A stretch of 45,971 nt of DNA from Candidatus Woesearchaeota archaeon (GCA_964342845.1 CAYFGV010000003.1:1-45971), one strand, 5' to 3'; shown: positions 26,762 to 36,334, counted from the first letter of the stretch. The notes: generated by a model from the sequence alone, not told the origin. Translations and numbers: made by a program.

Positions 26762-27871
26762 ATGAAAAAAGACTATTACGAAACATTAGGAATAAGTAAA
26801 AGCGCTTCACAAGATGAAGTAAAGAAAGCTTTTAGAAAGTTAGCTAGAAAGTATCATCCTGATGTTAACCCTGGAAATAAAGAAGCAGAATCAAAATTTA
26901 AAGAAATCAATGAAGCATTCCAAATTCTAAACAACCCCCAGAAAAAAGCACAGTATGATCAATTTGGAACAGCAGATTTTAATAATGGTGCTCAAGGCTT
27001 TGGAAATTTCGAAGATCTATTTAGAGGAGGCTTTGGAGATATTTTTGATATTTTTTCAAATAACTTTGGTTTTGGCGGAAGAACACAAAGAAGAGAAACA
27101 GTAGGTGCAGACCTAAAATATGAATTAGAAATAACCTTAGAAGAAGCACATAAAGGATTAACAAAAGAAATAGAACTTCCTTCATTTGTTGTTTGTAAAG
27201 AATGTGCTGGTTTAGGAGCAAAACAATCTGATCTAAAAACATGCCCTCAATGTAATGGGTCTGGTGAAGTAAAAACTATGAGAAGAATGGGTTTTGCACA
27301 ATTTGTATCTGTAAGACCTTGTGATACTTGTCAAGGCTCAGGAAAAATAGCCTCAAAACATTGTAAAGAATGTCATGGAAAAGGTAAAGTTAAAAAAACA
27401 AAAAAAATTAAAGTTAAAATTCCAGCAGGAATAGAAAACGAACAATATCTAAGATTATCAGGAGAAGGAGAACTAGGTTCTAATAACAGAAATCCTGGAG
27501 ATTTATATGTTTTAATTAATATAAAACCTCACAAAATATTTGAAAGACATGAAGATAATCTATTTTGTAAAGCTACTCTCTCTTTAAAAACAGCTTTGTT
27601 AGGAGGAACAATTAAAATTCCAACAATAACAGGAAAAGCTGACTTAAAAATTCCAGCAGGCTCACAAAGCCATACTATCTTTAGATTAAAAGGACAGGGT
27701 ATGCCTAACCTAAGAACCTCAAGAGAAGGAGACCAATTAGTTAAAATAGAAGTAACAATACCTAAAAAATTATCAAAAAAACAAAAAGAAGTAATATCTA
27801 AAACATTTTCAGAATCCGACATAGAAGTTAAAAAAGGATTCTTTGAAAAAATGAAAGAGATGCTGAATTAG
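26762..27871 (+). CDS. dnaJ: co-chaperone DnaJ (type I, with zinc-finger domain)
   Basis: 369 aa. J-domain with YHPD, a G/F-rich linker and four CxxCxGxG repeats. Confidence 0.95.
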   Translation: MKKDYYETLGISKSASQDEVKKAFRKLARKYHPDVNPGNKEAESKFKEINEAFQILNNPQKKAQYDQFGTADFNNGAQGFGNFEDLFRGGFGDIFDIFSNNFGFGGRTQRRETVGADLKYELEITLEEAHKGLTKEIELPSFVVCKECAGLGAKQSDLKTCPQCNGSGEVKTMRRMGFAQFVSVRPCDTCQGSGKIASKHCKECHGKGKVKKTKKIKVKIPAGIENEQYLRLSGEGELGSNNRNPGDLYVLINIKPHKIFERHEDNLFCKATLSLKTALLGGTIKIPTITGKADLKIPAGSQSHTIFRLKGQGMPNLRTSREGDQLVKIEVTIPKKLSKKQKEVISKTFSESDIEVKKGFFEKMKEMLN

Positions 27872-27880
27872 AGAAAACTT

Positions 27881-27889
27881 TTTATAAAA
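27881..27889 (+). promoter_or_regulatory. TATA box (TTTATAAAA) for the dcd-like gene
   Basis: GAAAACTTTTTATAAAA, 27 nt upstream of the ATG at 27908. Confidence 0.45.
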
Positions 27890-27907
27890 CCTTCAATTCC
27901 CAATTCT

Positions 27908-28990
27908 ATGGCTTTATCTGATAAAAATTTAACTGAAATCAATAAATGGACAGAATATGAATCAATAGATAGTTGTTTCTCAAGAGAAGACCCCCTTAAA
28001 AAAGGATTAATGCCAAACTTTAGACAAGCTCCGCCTCTTCCAATTGATCCACTTCCAAAAGAACTTAATCCCTCTGGTTTTGACCTTAGTGTTGGATACT
28101 TCATTGCTGAATCAGACACCTTACACACCTCTTTAAAAGAACGTGATTTTTTTAGAATGGGATTAACAGAGTTAAAACCAGGACAAACATTTACTTTAAA
28201 CCCTAACAAATTCGGAGAAAAAATTTATTATATTTCAAGCTATGAAAAATTAAAACTACCAAGAGAATTAGAAGCTATTATAGATGCACGTAGTACAACA
28301 GGCAGACTGGGATGTATGTGTCATCAAGTTGGCGAACTAATGGATGGAGAACAAATAATTGCAGTTCAACCATTTGCATTTCCAATAACAATAACAAGTG
28401 GAAAAAGTAGTCTTGCCCAAGCAATAATAAGGTATGCTTCAACAGAATTTATTGATTATAAAACACTATGTGAAAACTCTGAAAAAATTGCACTTCTCCT
28501 AAAAGAAAGAGACATTTTCAAAGGGTCCTTAAGACCAGAAGGTTTAGTGATGACATTCTCAAGCCATTTAGTTTATCGTGCAAAACCTTGTGAAGAACCA
28601 ATCAATATTGATGCAGTTAATGAATTAGATCCAAACCAATATTTTCAACTTATAGAAGGAGACTGTAGTTTTACCATGAATCCACTAACCTTTTACTTAG
28701 CTGGAACAAGAGAGGCAATCCAACTAGGAAATATCTGTGGTAGAATTAGTCGTGAAAGCCATATCAGCGGAACTGGTCTATGGAGCCATTTTGCAGGATT
28801 TGTACAACCAGGATTTAGTGGGGGAATTACACTAGAATGTTATTCCTTAGGAAAAAGAGTCATCAAAAATAGAGAACCTGCAGGCACTGTTATGTTTGAT
28901 AAAGTTGAAAGTGATATTGAAAATTCTTATCAAGGGTCTTATCAACACCAAAAAGTTCCGAAATTACCTAAGATGTTTAAAGAAAATTAA
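27908..28990 (+). CDS. dCTP deaminase-family protein, long two-domain (DCD) type
   Basis: 360 aa. NPSGFDLSVG and ARSTTGRLGCMCH resemble the dUTPase/dCTP-deaminase beta-barrel motifs (SxDLxxG; xKSSxGRLG). The length fits the about 360-aa 2'-deoxycytidine 5'-triphosphate deaminase family. Confidence 0.6.
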   Translation: MALSDKNLTEINKWTEYESIDSCFSREDPLKKGLMPNFRQAPPLPIDPLPKELNPSGFDLSVGYFIAESDTLHTSLKERDFFRMGLTELKPGQTFTLNPNKFGEKIYYISSYEKLKLPRELEAIIDARSTTGRLGCMCHQVGELMDGEQIIAVQPFAFPITITSGKSSLAQAIIRYASTEFIDYKTLCENSEKIALLLKERDIFKGSLRPEGLVMTFSSHLVYRAKPCEEPINIDAVNELDPNQYFQLIEGDCSFTMNPLTFYLAGTREAIQLGNICGRISRESHISGTGLWSHFAGFVQPGFSGGITLECYSLGKRVIKNREPAGTVMFDKVESDIENSYQGSYQHQKVPKLPKMFKEN

Positions 28991-29023
28991 ATTTATTTCA
29001 AAACTTTCTCTACCTTTAGAAAA

Positions 29024-29422
29024 TTAGACAAAACTAATTAATTCTTCTGGTTTAATTATTTTTACTCCTGCAAATTCTTTTAATTTCAACAGATGTTTGT
29101 CATAAGTTATAAGATATTCTGAAAAAGACTCTATTGCACATTCTAAAATTTTATTATCTTCCGGGTCCTCTATTATAGCTTTAAGTTTTTCTTGTGGTTC
29201 GACTAGTACTAATAAAGGAAGAAGCTTTTCTATTATCTCATCTATTTCTTCAGAACAATATTTAAAATCTCTTTTAAGAACTTTAGAGAACTCTTCTAGA
29301 ATTTCTTTTGTTGTAAAAATCTCAAACTCTTTTTCTACTAATTTACGCAGTAGTCTATGACTTACACTATAATTCCACTGAGTAGCTGAAATTAGAAAAT
29401 TCGTATCCACAGTTATCTTCAT
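29024..29422 (-). CDS. vapC: PIN-domain ribonuclease toxin (VapC-like)
   Basis: 132 aa. MKITVDTNFLI N-terminal acidic motif and later conserved E/D residues. The ATG overlaps the antitoxin stop. Confidence 0.8.
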   Translation of the reverse strand: MKITVDTNFLISATQWNYSVSHRLLRKLVEKEFEIFTTKEILEEFSKVLKRDFKYCSEEIDEIIEKLLPLLVLVEPQEKLKAIIEDPEDNKILECAIESFSEYLITYDKHLLKLKEFAGVKIIKPEELISFV

Positions 29423-29694
29423 TTTTTTGATTTTCTTAATCTATGAATCATCTCTGGAACATCTTTCTCTTTTATCCCTAATTTTTCTGCCCTTTTCGCC
29501 CCTTCTTTAGCAATTTTCCCTAAATCCTTTATCAGTTCTTCTTTTGAAGGAGTTGCTATTTTCTTTAACACAACACTATCTTTGCTACTAACAACAGCAA
29601 AAATAGTCCCTTCTTTAGCATGGATTTCTTCTCTTATGTCTGCAGGGATTACAATTTGTCCCTTTGAAGACATTTTTATTGTTTCAACAATCAT
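29419..29694 (-). CDS. vapB: AbrB/SpoVT-family antitoxin (VapB-like)
   Basis: 91 aa. SSKGQIVIPADIREE swapped-hairpin motif. GGAGGT lies 6 nt upstream of the ATG. Confidence 0.8.
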   Translation of the reverse strand: MIVETIKMSSKGQIVIPADIREEIHAKEGTIFAVVSSKDSVVLKKIATPSKEELIKDLGKIAKEGAKRAEKLGIKEKDVPEMIHRLRKSKK

Positions 29695-29718
29695 TTTAAA
29701 CCTCCAACTATCTTATTG

Positions 29719-29731
29719 TAAGAATTTCTTA
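29719..29731. promoter_or_regulatory. palindrome TAAGAA-T-TTCTTA abutting the vapBC TATA element
   Basis: 6-bp inverted arms next to GTTTATAAAT (the minus-strand reading of 29731-29740). Likely an antitoxin operator. Confidence 0.4.
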
Positions 29732-29744
29732 TTTATAAACTTTT

Positions 29745-30338
29745 CTATTTCAAAACTTTCCCTGTCTCCAAAAACCAAAGATATAAATCTAACTCAGCTA
29801 AATTCAAATCTAATTTCTTAGAAATCTTTCTTAAAATATCTTCAATATCTAAATATTTCTTCTTAGTTAATGTTCTAGGATTTTCAATAATAGAATGTTT
29901 AACTAATAAATCAACAATATGAAAATCTATTATAGCCACATCTTTGTAACCAGTATTTCTCAAAAAATGAGAACTTTCCTTATAACCCAAACCTTTAACA
30001 TTTTTAACTAAATCTTCTCTAAACTCAAATCCATTCTTAAACCTTTTAAATTCATAATCTCTAGCTTTAACAATAAAACTACTTCTTAATTTAGGAAACC
30101 TATAACCTAATCTTCTTAATTCTTTCTCTAATTTTTCTTCAGAATAACTAAGAAAACCGTCCTTAATTTCATTTTGAATCTTAATAGCTCTTTCTGCATT
30201 GAAATTAGCAGTTAAAATACAAAAACTTAACTCACTGAAAATATCTTTAACACTTTCAAATTCTTTGATTCTTTTACCAACTAAAACTTTAATTTCAGAA
30301 TTTTTTAAATCTTCAACATTTTTAACTAATTCTTGCAT
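29745..30338 (-). CDS. ogg: N-glycosylase/DNA lyase (archaeal Ogg2-type 8-oxoguanine glycosylase)
   Basis: 197 aa. HhH-GPD region VKGLGYKESSHFLRNTGYKDVAIIDFHI with the catalytic Lys and Asp contexts. Confidence 0.8.
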   Translation of the reverse strand: MQELVKNVEDLKNSEIKVLVGKRIKEFESVKDIFSELSFCILTANFNAERAIKIQNEIKDGFLSYSEEKLEKELRRLGYRFPKLRSSFIVKARDYEFKRFKNGFEFREDLVKNVKGLGYKESSHFLRNTGYKDVAIIDFHIVDLLVKHSIIENPRTLTKKKYLDIEDILRKISKKLDLNLAELDLYLWFLETGKVLK

Positions 30339-30517
30339 TTCTCGTAAAGAGCCTCACACATTAATTCAAATTGTTCTGTACACCAACTCCAACTTCCTTC
30401 CCAAAAAGCCTCTAGATTTAACATCTTAATAACGTCATTAGTTAATAGGTTATATCTAACAATTTCTCTTGAAAGATCTTCTTCTCTCAAAGACCTATAA
30501 TGATTTTCTCTAACCAT
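30326..30517 (-). CDS. hypothetical small protein
   Basis: 63 aa, ATG start. Overlaps the map stop by 8 nt and the ogg start by 13 nt, so it fits as a middle gene of the operon. No motif recognised. Confidence 0.35.
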   Translation of the reverse strand: MVRENHYRSLREEDLSREIVRYNLLTNDVIKMLNLEAFWEGSWSWCTEQFELMCEALYEKCKN

Positions 30518-31370
30518 TTGTCAAAACTCCGCCACCAACTCTAACACTATGCTCAAACTGAGCCACCATACCTTTATTTTTTTCAACTAACAAATCATAA
30601 TTCTGCAACAAACCACGCTTACTAAACTCATTCAAAGCCAAACTAACCTTCAACTTATTAAACTCTTCAACCAACCACCTTTTAGCAAAAGGCCTACCTT
30701 CAAACTTCTTAATAAAATCTAAAACATCCCTATAATTTCTAACAGCACCTTCTCTAACCAACCTAAAAGTTTCAGAAGCCTTTCCATTAGCAACTAAACC
30801 AGCACCATCAGTAGCAAAAGGCTCAATAGCAATAACCTTACCACTAAATAATTTTTCTCTATCTTTATTATCATAATTAGGAACACTTGGTTGATCATGA
30901 ATAATATTTAAACCAAGACCATGCCCACTTAAATTTTTAACAGGTTTAAAACCATAACTCATTATAGTATTTTCAATTTCATTTCCTATCTCTCTTAATT
31001 CAACTCCGTCTTTAACAACTTTCAAAGCATTAGCTAAAGCTTTAGAACAACTCTCTAATAAGTTACCATAGCTCCCATCTAAGTCAACAGTAGCTGCATT
31101 ATCTCCAATAGATCCATTATAACAAACTCCAACATCTAATTTAACAACCTCATCTTTTAAAACTCTAGGATCATCTACGTTGCCAGTATCATGAGCAGCA
31201 ACAGAATTCAAAGAAATTTGAACAGGAAAAGCAGCCACACAACCATTTACAAGAATTTTCTTCTCAACTTTCTCACAAATCTCCAAAATACTAGCTCCCT
31301 CTTTAACTAAGCTTTTACCGTATTTCAAGCATTCTTTTGCAACTTTTCCAGCTTTTTCCCAATCATCCAT
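30510..31370 (-). CDS. map: methionine aminopeptidase, type 2 (archaeal)
   Basis: Metal-ligand contexts KLDVGV, IGDNAATV, SGHGLG, AIEPFAT and AQFEHSV. The ORF-track start (31391) is TTG. The ATG at 31370 (MDDWEKAGK) is preferred. Confidence 0.9.
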   Translation of the reverse strand: MDDWEKAGKVAKECLKYGKSLVKEGASILEICEKVEKKILVNGCVAAFPVQISLNSVAAHDTGNVDDPRVLKDEVVKLDVGVCYNGSIGDNAATVDLDGSYGNLLESCSKALANALKVVKDGVELREIGNEIENTIMSYGFKPVKNLSGHGLGLNIIHDQPSVPNYDNKDREKLFSGKVIAIEPFATDGAGLVANGKASETFRLVREGAVRNYRDVLDFIKKFEGRPFAKRWLVEEFNKLKVSLALNEFSKRGLLQNYDLLVEKNKGMVAQFEHSVRVGGGVLTNG

Positions 31371-31408
31371 AAGAAATAAGTAAATCGTCAAGTTTAAAAA
31401 AATAGCGA

Positions 31409-31735
31409 TTATTTCATCCTTTTAAGAAGATCTTTTAAATCCTTTTTGACTTGTTCTGGAACCTCAGCACAACTTTCTACACCTGTTTCTTGCAAGTATT
31501 CAAGGGAGTTTGTTATTATCGACAAGGAAGCAGCCATTGTTTTTTCTAAATGGGTAATTGAATATAATTTTATTCCTACTTTATACAACTTTGAATGATT
31601 TTCTGGAATTTTGCACCTAAATGGTTCAGTTTGAAGGTAAGGCCTATCCCGAGTATCTATAGCTCTTTTTACATAATTCCTCTGATCCTTATATCCGGTC
31701 TTTATTTCTTTAACCAAATCGCAAATAAATGTCAT
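31409..31735 (-). CDS. hypothetical protein
   Basis: 108 aa, ATG start, no recognisable motif. Divergent from polB. Confidence 0.45.
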   Translation of the reverse strand: MTFICDLVKEIKTGYKDQRNYVKRAIDTRDRPYLQTEPFRCKIPENHSKLYKVGIKLYSITHLEKTMAASLSIITNSLEYLQETGVESCAEVPEQVKKDLKDLLKRMK

Positions 31736-31789
31736 AAATTTAGCAAATCCTTAAACTTTAAAAACCTTCCCAACTTACCAAAAACCCAA

Positions 31790-34081
31790 ATGAAAGCTTT
31801 CATAACCTACCAAACCTACAGAATAATCAATAACAAAGCATATATCTTCTTATTTGGAAGACTAGAAAATCAAGAATCTTTTGTAACAATCAACTATTTC
31901 CAACCATACTTTTTCATAAAAACAAAAGACCTAAACAAAGCAAAACAATTAGAGAAACTAAACTATGAAAATACACCTCTAAAAGACATAAAAAACAACC
32001 AGGTAACTAAAATAATCCTAAACATTCCAAAAGAAGTAAAACAACTAAGAAACACTCTAGAAGAAAATAACATACAATGCTATGAAGCAGATATAAGATT
32101 CACAAACAGATTCTTAATAGATAAAGAAATTCAAGGCTCTTTAAACATAGAAGGAGAATATGACCAAGAAGACGAAGTAGATAGAGTCTACAAAGAACCA
32201 ACCTTAACACCAACCCAACACAACCCAAACTTAAAAACTCTCTCAATAGACATAGAAACAGATTCAAAAGCAAAAAAGATATTTTCAATCTCACTTTATA
32301 CAAACGATTTCAAAAAAGTCTTAATAATAACAAAAAAATCTCTAAAAAACGCAATCTCTTGCCAAGACGAAGAAGATCTCTTAATTAAATTCTCAGAATA
32401 TATAAAACAAATAGACCCAGACATAATAACTGGATGGAACCTAATAGATTTTGACTTAAAAGTTATCTTCAACAGATTAAAACACTACAACCTACCAACA
32501 AACCTAGGAAGAGATAACACACTTTGCAAATTAAAATTAGAAAAAAACTTTTTCAAAACTTCAAAAGCAGATTTTCCAGGAAGACAAATCCTAGACGCAA
32601 TGAATATTCTAAGATCTTCTTACATAAAATTACAAGATTACAGACTAGACACAGCAGCAAACACAATCTTAGGAGAAAGAAAACTAATCCAAGAAAACAA
32701 AGGAGAAACAATAGAACGCTACTTCAAAGAACAACCACAAAAATTAGTAGATTACAACCTAAAAGACGCAGAATTAGTAATAAAAATTTTAGAAAAAACA
32801 GACACATTAAACCTAACAATTAAAAAAAGTCTCTTAACAGGAATGCCTTTAGATAGAACTTCAGCAACTATAGCATCCTTAGACTCCTTATACTTAAAAC
32901 AAGCAAGAAAAAGAAATATAGTATTACCTTCTTCAACATTTACAGAAAGAACAGAAAGATTAAAAGGAGCTTATGTAAAAGAACCAACACCAGGAATATA
33001 CAACCATGTAATCATCTTAGATTTCAAATCACTATACCCAACAATAATAAAAACCTTCAACATAGACCCAATAACCTACAGAGAGAAAAAAGAAAAGAAC
33101 GTTATAGAAGCACCAAACAAAGCATTTTTCACAACAGAAATAGAAGGAGTAGTACCTTCCCTATTTGACAATATCTGGAAAGAAAGAGAAATCTACAAAA
33201 AGAAAAAAGACAAAACAGCAATTTTCGCTCTTAAAACTTTAATGGCATCTTTCTGGGGAGCAATGGCATCACCAGCTTACAGAATGTATAATCAAAACCT
33301 AGGAAACGCTATAACAAGCTTTGCTAGATATTTAATACAAAAAACAGAAAAAATAATACAAGAAAAAGGACACGAAGTTATTTACGGTGACACTGACTCA
33401 ATATTTTTAGTTTCAAAAGCAAATTCACTAGAACAAGCAAAAGAATTAGGGAAAAAACTAGAAAAAGAAATAAATGATTTCTATGATAAATACATAAAAG
33501 AAAAATACAACAGAGAATCTAAGCTACACCTAGAATACGAAAAAACATATATCAAATTCTTAATGCCTAAAGTTAGAGGACAAGAAAAAGGAGCAAAAAA
33601 AAGATATGCTGGTTTACTTAACATAGATGGAAAAGAAAAAATAGATTTTGTAGGATTAGAAAGCGTAAGAGGAGATTGGACCCAACTAGCAAAAGAGTTT
33701 CAATTAGAATTATTAGACAGAGTCTTTCATGAAAAAGAAGTTGTTAATTTCACTAAAAAACTTGTAGATGATATTAAAAAAGGAAAACATGATAAAAAAC
33801 TAATCTACAGAAAATCTATAAGAAAAGAGTTAGATGCTTATACAAAAATTACGCCTCAGCACATTAAGGCGGCCAGAAAACTAAAAAAATTAGAATCAAA
33901 CCTAATAGAATATTACCTAACAACAGATGGTCCAGAACCAATACAAAACCTAAAACATCAAATAGATTACGAACAATATATCAAAAAACAAATAAAACCA
34001 ATTGCAGACTCAATCTTAGTTTTTTTCAATAAAACCTTTGATGAATTAGTAACACAACAAACAAGTCTTTTTAACTATTAA
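31790..34081 (+). CDS. polB: family B DNA polymerase
   Basis: 763 aa from the ATG at 31790 (MKAFITYQ). Exo I LSIDIET, motif A LDFKSLYPTII, KKRYAG and motif C YGDTDS. The ORF-track 5' extension (31595) overlaps the divergent gene and reads as junk. Confidence 0.92.
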   Translation: MKAFITYQTYRIINNKAYIFLFGRLENQESFVTINYFQPYFFIKTKDLNKAKQLEKLNYENTPLKDIKNNQVTKIILNIPKEVKQLRNTLEENNIQCYEADIRFTNRFLIDKEIQGSLNIEGEYDQEDEVDRVYKEPTLTPTQHNPNLKTLSIDIETDSKAKKIFSISLYTNDFKKVLIITKKSLKNAISCQDEEDLLIKFSEYIKQIDPDIITGWNLIDFDLKVIFNRLKHYNLPTNLGRDNTLCKLKLEKNFFKTSKADFPGRQILDAMNILRSSYIKLQDYRLDTAANTILGERKLIQENKGETIERYFKEQPQKLVDYNLKDAELVIKILEKTDTLNLTIKKSLLTGMPLDRTSATIASLDSLYLKQARKRNIVLPSSTFTERTERLKGAYVKEPTPGIYNHVIILDFKSLYPTIIKTFNIDPITYREKKEKNVIEAPNKAFFTTEIEGVVPSLFDNIWKEREIYKKKKDKTAIFALKTLMASFWGAMASPAYRMYNQNLGNAITSFARYLIQKTEKIIQEKGHEVIYGDTDSIFLVSKANSLEQAKELGKKLEKEINDFYDKYIKEKYNRESKLHLEYEKTYIKFLMPKVRGQEKGAKKRYAGLLNIDGKEKIDFVGLESVRGDWTQLAKEFQLELLDRVFHEKEVVNFTKKLVDDIKKGKHDKKLIYRKSIRKELDAYTKITPQHIKAARKLKKLESNLIEYYLTTDGPEPIQNLKHQIDYEQYIKKQIKPIADSILVFFNKTFDELVTQQTSLFNY

Positions 34082-34127
34082 TCTCGGCTCATTCACTTTC
34101 TACTCTATACCGATACAAACCAAAACC

Positions 34128-34135
34128 TTTATATA
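34128..34135 (+). promoter_or_regulatory. TATA box (TTTATATA) for the relBE-like operon
   Basis: CAAAACCTTTATATA, 30 nt upstream of the ATG at 34158. Confidence 0.5.
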
Positions 34136-34151
34136 CTATAGCAAACTATAG
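34135..34151 (+). promoter_or_regulatory. phased direct repeats ACTATAG x2 (10-nt period)
   Basis: Copies at 34135-34141 and 34145-34151, plus a partial ACTATG at 34155-34160 that covers the start codon. They lie between the TATA box and the ATG. Confidence 0.4.
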
Positions 34152-34157
34152 TTCACT

Positions 34158-34379
34158 ATGACAACTACAATCCAAATTAGCAACGAGTTAGTACATATCC
34201 TTAAAAATAGAAAACAGTACGACAATGAAAGTTACGAAGAAGTGATTTGGGATTTATTGGAGGATACAATGGAACTATCTGAAGAAACAAAAAAAGAAAT
34301 AAAACAGGCTGAGAAAGAATTTAAAGAAGGAAAAATAGTTTCTCTTGCAGAAGTTAAGAAGAATTTAGGTCTAAACTAA
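34158..34379 (+). CDS. antitoxin (RelB/ParD-like partner of the downstream RelE)
   Basis: 73 aa and acidic, immediately upstream (1-nt gap) of a RelE-family gene. Confidence 0.65.
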   Translation: MTTTIQISNELVHILKNRKQYDNESYEEVIWDLLEDTMELSEETKKEIKQAEKEFKEGKIVSLAEVKKNLGLN

Positions 34380-34380
34380 A

Positions 34381-34635
34381 ATGTATGGTGTTGAATTCTC
34401 AAAAATAGCTGAAAAACAAATTTATAAATTAGATAAAACAACACAAACTAGAATAATTTCAACAATTGAAAGAGCTAGAATAAGACCTCACACCCATATA
34501 AAAAAGTTAGTTGGAAGTCCTTATTTCGCTCTTAGATCTGGAGAGTATAGGATAATTATCGATTTAAAAGAAGAAATACTTCTAATTTTCGTGATTAAAT
34601 TAGGACATAGAAAAAATATCTATAAAAACCTCTAA
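34381..34635 (+). CDS. relE: RelE/ParE-family toxin (mRNA interferase)
   Basis: 84 aa. YRIIIDLKEEILLIFVIKLGHRKNIY is a typical RelE C-terminal core. Confidence 0.8.
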   Translation: MYGVEFSKIAEKQIYKLDKTTQTRIISTIERARIRPHTHIKKLVGSPYFALRSGEYRIIIDLKEEILLIFVIKLGHRKNIYKNL

Positions 34636-35270
34636 ACAAACTTCCTCAACCCAACCTCTGATTTAACCAAACCTTCTGGCTTAAAAATAAAAGCATCTGT
34701 AGCATCAAAATAACCACACCTAAACTTCTCCAAACTAATCCCTGTTCTCTTACTTAACATCAAAGCATAAAATAAAACCTGTGTAGCAGCATATTTCTCT
34801 TTCATAGCACCTGGCTTATAATCCCAAATCCAAATCTTTCCATCTTCAATCCTTAAAATATCAATATGTCCTGTCAAAGGTTCTAAACAACCAAACAAAG
34901 AAATATACTCATCCAACTCAGCACTCTCTAGCCAAATAGGAACCTCCATTGCAATAGTCTTATCATCATTCTCCAACATAAATATCTGAACCTTGGAGTG
35001 ATTGTCCTTATACCTCTCTCCATTAGCTTCTAAACCATGTTCAGCCAACAAACTAACCTCATGACCTTTAACATGGTGAACGTTATTCTCAGTTAAAAAC
35101 TTCAAAGAAGAACTCCTAGGACCAGAAGAAAAGTAATCATCAGGACATTCATCAAACATTCTGTAAATAAACCTATTCAACTCACTAAAAGAACACAAAC
35201 CTATTTTTTTCTCATTAACCCTATAAAAATAAAAACCACCTTTATGATCCAACACAACTTTTTTTATCAT
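34632..35270 (-). CDS. PD-(D/E)xK-fold nuclease (RecB/Cas4-like core, no Cys cluster)
   Basis: 212 aa. GHIDILRIEDGKIWIWDYKPG...QVLFYALM fits the D...(D/E)xK...QxxxY motif order of RecB-family nucleases. Confidence 0.55.
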   Translation of the reverse strand: MIKKVVLDHKGGFYFYRVNEKKIGLCSFSELNRFIYRMFDECPDDYFSSGPRSSSLKFLTENNVHHVKGHEVSLLAEHGLEANGERYKDNHSKVQIFMLENDDKTIAMEVPIWLESAELDEYISLFGCLEPLTGHIDILRIEDGKIWIWDYKPGAMKEKYAATQVLFYALMLSKRTGISLEKFRCGYFDATDAFIFKPEGLVKSEVGLRKFV

Positions 35271-35314
35271 AACTAATTCTCTAAAATACCCATTTATATT
35301 CTTTTTTAAAAATC

Positions 35315-35324
35315 TTTATATATA
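35315..35324 (+). promoter_or_regulatory. TATA box (TTTATATATA) for fen1
   Basis: AAAAATCTTTATATATA, 30 nt upstream of the ATG at 35345. Confidence 0.5.
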
Positions 35325-35344
35325 ATAAAAAACAACCTAATAAG

Positions 35345-36334
35345 ATGGGAGTTAAACTAACATCTATTGTAACAAAAAAACAATTAGATTTCAAAGACCT
35401 AGCAAATAAAAAGATAGTTATAGATTTTTCAAACTCAGCATATCAATTTCTTTCTTCGATAAGACAACAAGATGGAACTCCTTTAACAGACTCAAAAGGA
35501 AATATAACCTCTGTTTACCTAGGTATTTGGTCGAGATTCACTAAATTAATGCAAAATAACATAAAATTAGCAGTAGTTTTTGATGGAAAGCCTCCAAAAT
35601 TAAAAGAAAAAGAAAAAGAAAGAAGATCTAGTCTAAAACAACAAGCAATGGAAAAATTAGAAAAAGCAGAAACAGATGAAGAAAAACTTAAATTTGCAAA
35701 AAGAACAGGAAGATTAACCCAAGAAATCATAGATGGATCTAAAGAATTAATCAAAGCCATGGGAATACCAATTATACAAGCACCTTCAGAAGCAGACGCA
35801 CAAATGGCTTTTATGGCAGAACAAAAAGATGTTTGGGCAACCGCATCCTCAGACATAGATTGTTTAATATACGGAACACCAAGATTAATAACTAACCTAA
35901 CCCTTTCACAAAGAAGAAGACTTCCCTCTGGAAATTATATAAAAACCTACCCAGAAATGATTATCTTAAAAGATCTATTAAATGAATTTCAAATAACAAG
36001 AGACCAATTGTTAATTATGGCTATTTTAATAGGAACAGATTACAACACAGGAGTAAAAGGTATAGGCCCAAAAACAGCCTTAAAATTAGTAAAACAATAC
36101 AAAGACTACGATGAACTATTCAAACAAGTAAAACCAGACTTTAACTGGAAAGAAATCTACGCAGTTTTTAAATCAATGCCAATTATGAAAAACTATCAAC
36201 TAAAATGGGGACCTCCTAATAAAGAAAAAATAAAACAACTCCTAGTAGACAAACACGAATTCTCAGAAGAAAGAGTAGATAAAACTTTAAAAGCTTTAAA
36301 TAAAGAACAAAAAGGTTTAACAAAATGGTTTTAA
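35345..36334 (+). CDS. fen: flap endonuclease 1
   Basis: 329 aa. MGVKL N-terminus, VFDGKPP, APSEADAQ, IGTDYN and a C-terminal PIP-like LTKWF. Confidence 0.93.
   Translation: MGVKLTSIVTKKQLDFKDLANKKIVIDFSNSAYQFLSSIRQQDGTPLTDSKGNITSVYLGIWSRFTKLMQNNIKLAVVFDGKPPKLKEKEKERRSSLKQQAMEKLEKAETDEEKLKFAKRTGRLTQEIIDGSKELIKAMGIPIIQAPSEADAQMAFMAEQKDVWATASSDIDCLIYGTPRLITNLTLSQRRRLPSGNYIKTYPEMIILKDLLNEFQITRDQLLIMAILIGTDYNTGVKGIGPKTALKLVKQYKDYDELFKQVKPDFNWKEIYAVFKSMPIMKNYQLKWGPPNKEKIKQLLVDKHEFSEERVDKTLKALNKEQKGLTKWF

Noticed and set aside
27868-28209. 113-aa - strand ORF overlapping the dnaJ end and the dcd-like start
   Set aside because: It is antisense to a gene with recognisable dCTP-deaminase motifs and its own promoter. 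The other short antisense ORFs in the track are rejected likewise: 3064-3249, 3693-3875, 5977-6189, 6332-6583, 8032-8292, 9073-9300, 9771-10007, 10849-11040, 11368-11667, 14455-14751, 15179-15394, 16307-16507, 17050-17259, 17518-17820, 18682-18882, 21986-22201, 25162-25485, 26125-26352, 27021-27242, 27529-27822, 29582-29821, 30199-30429, 32100-32303, 32524-32823, 35515-35856, 37888-38112, 38421-38621, 41529-41753, 44573-44779 and 45113-45340.
31595-31789. 5' extension of polB (828-aa version)
   Set aside because: The extension overlaps the divergent gene 31409-31735 and has a non-protein-like sequence. The ATG at 31790 gives a typical family-B N-terminus and has a TATA-like element upstream.
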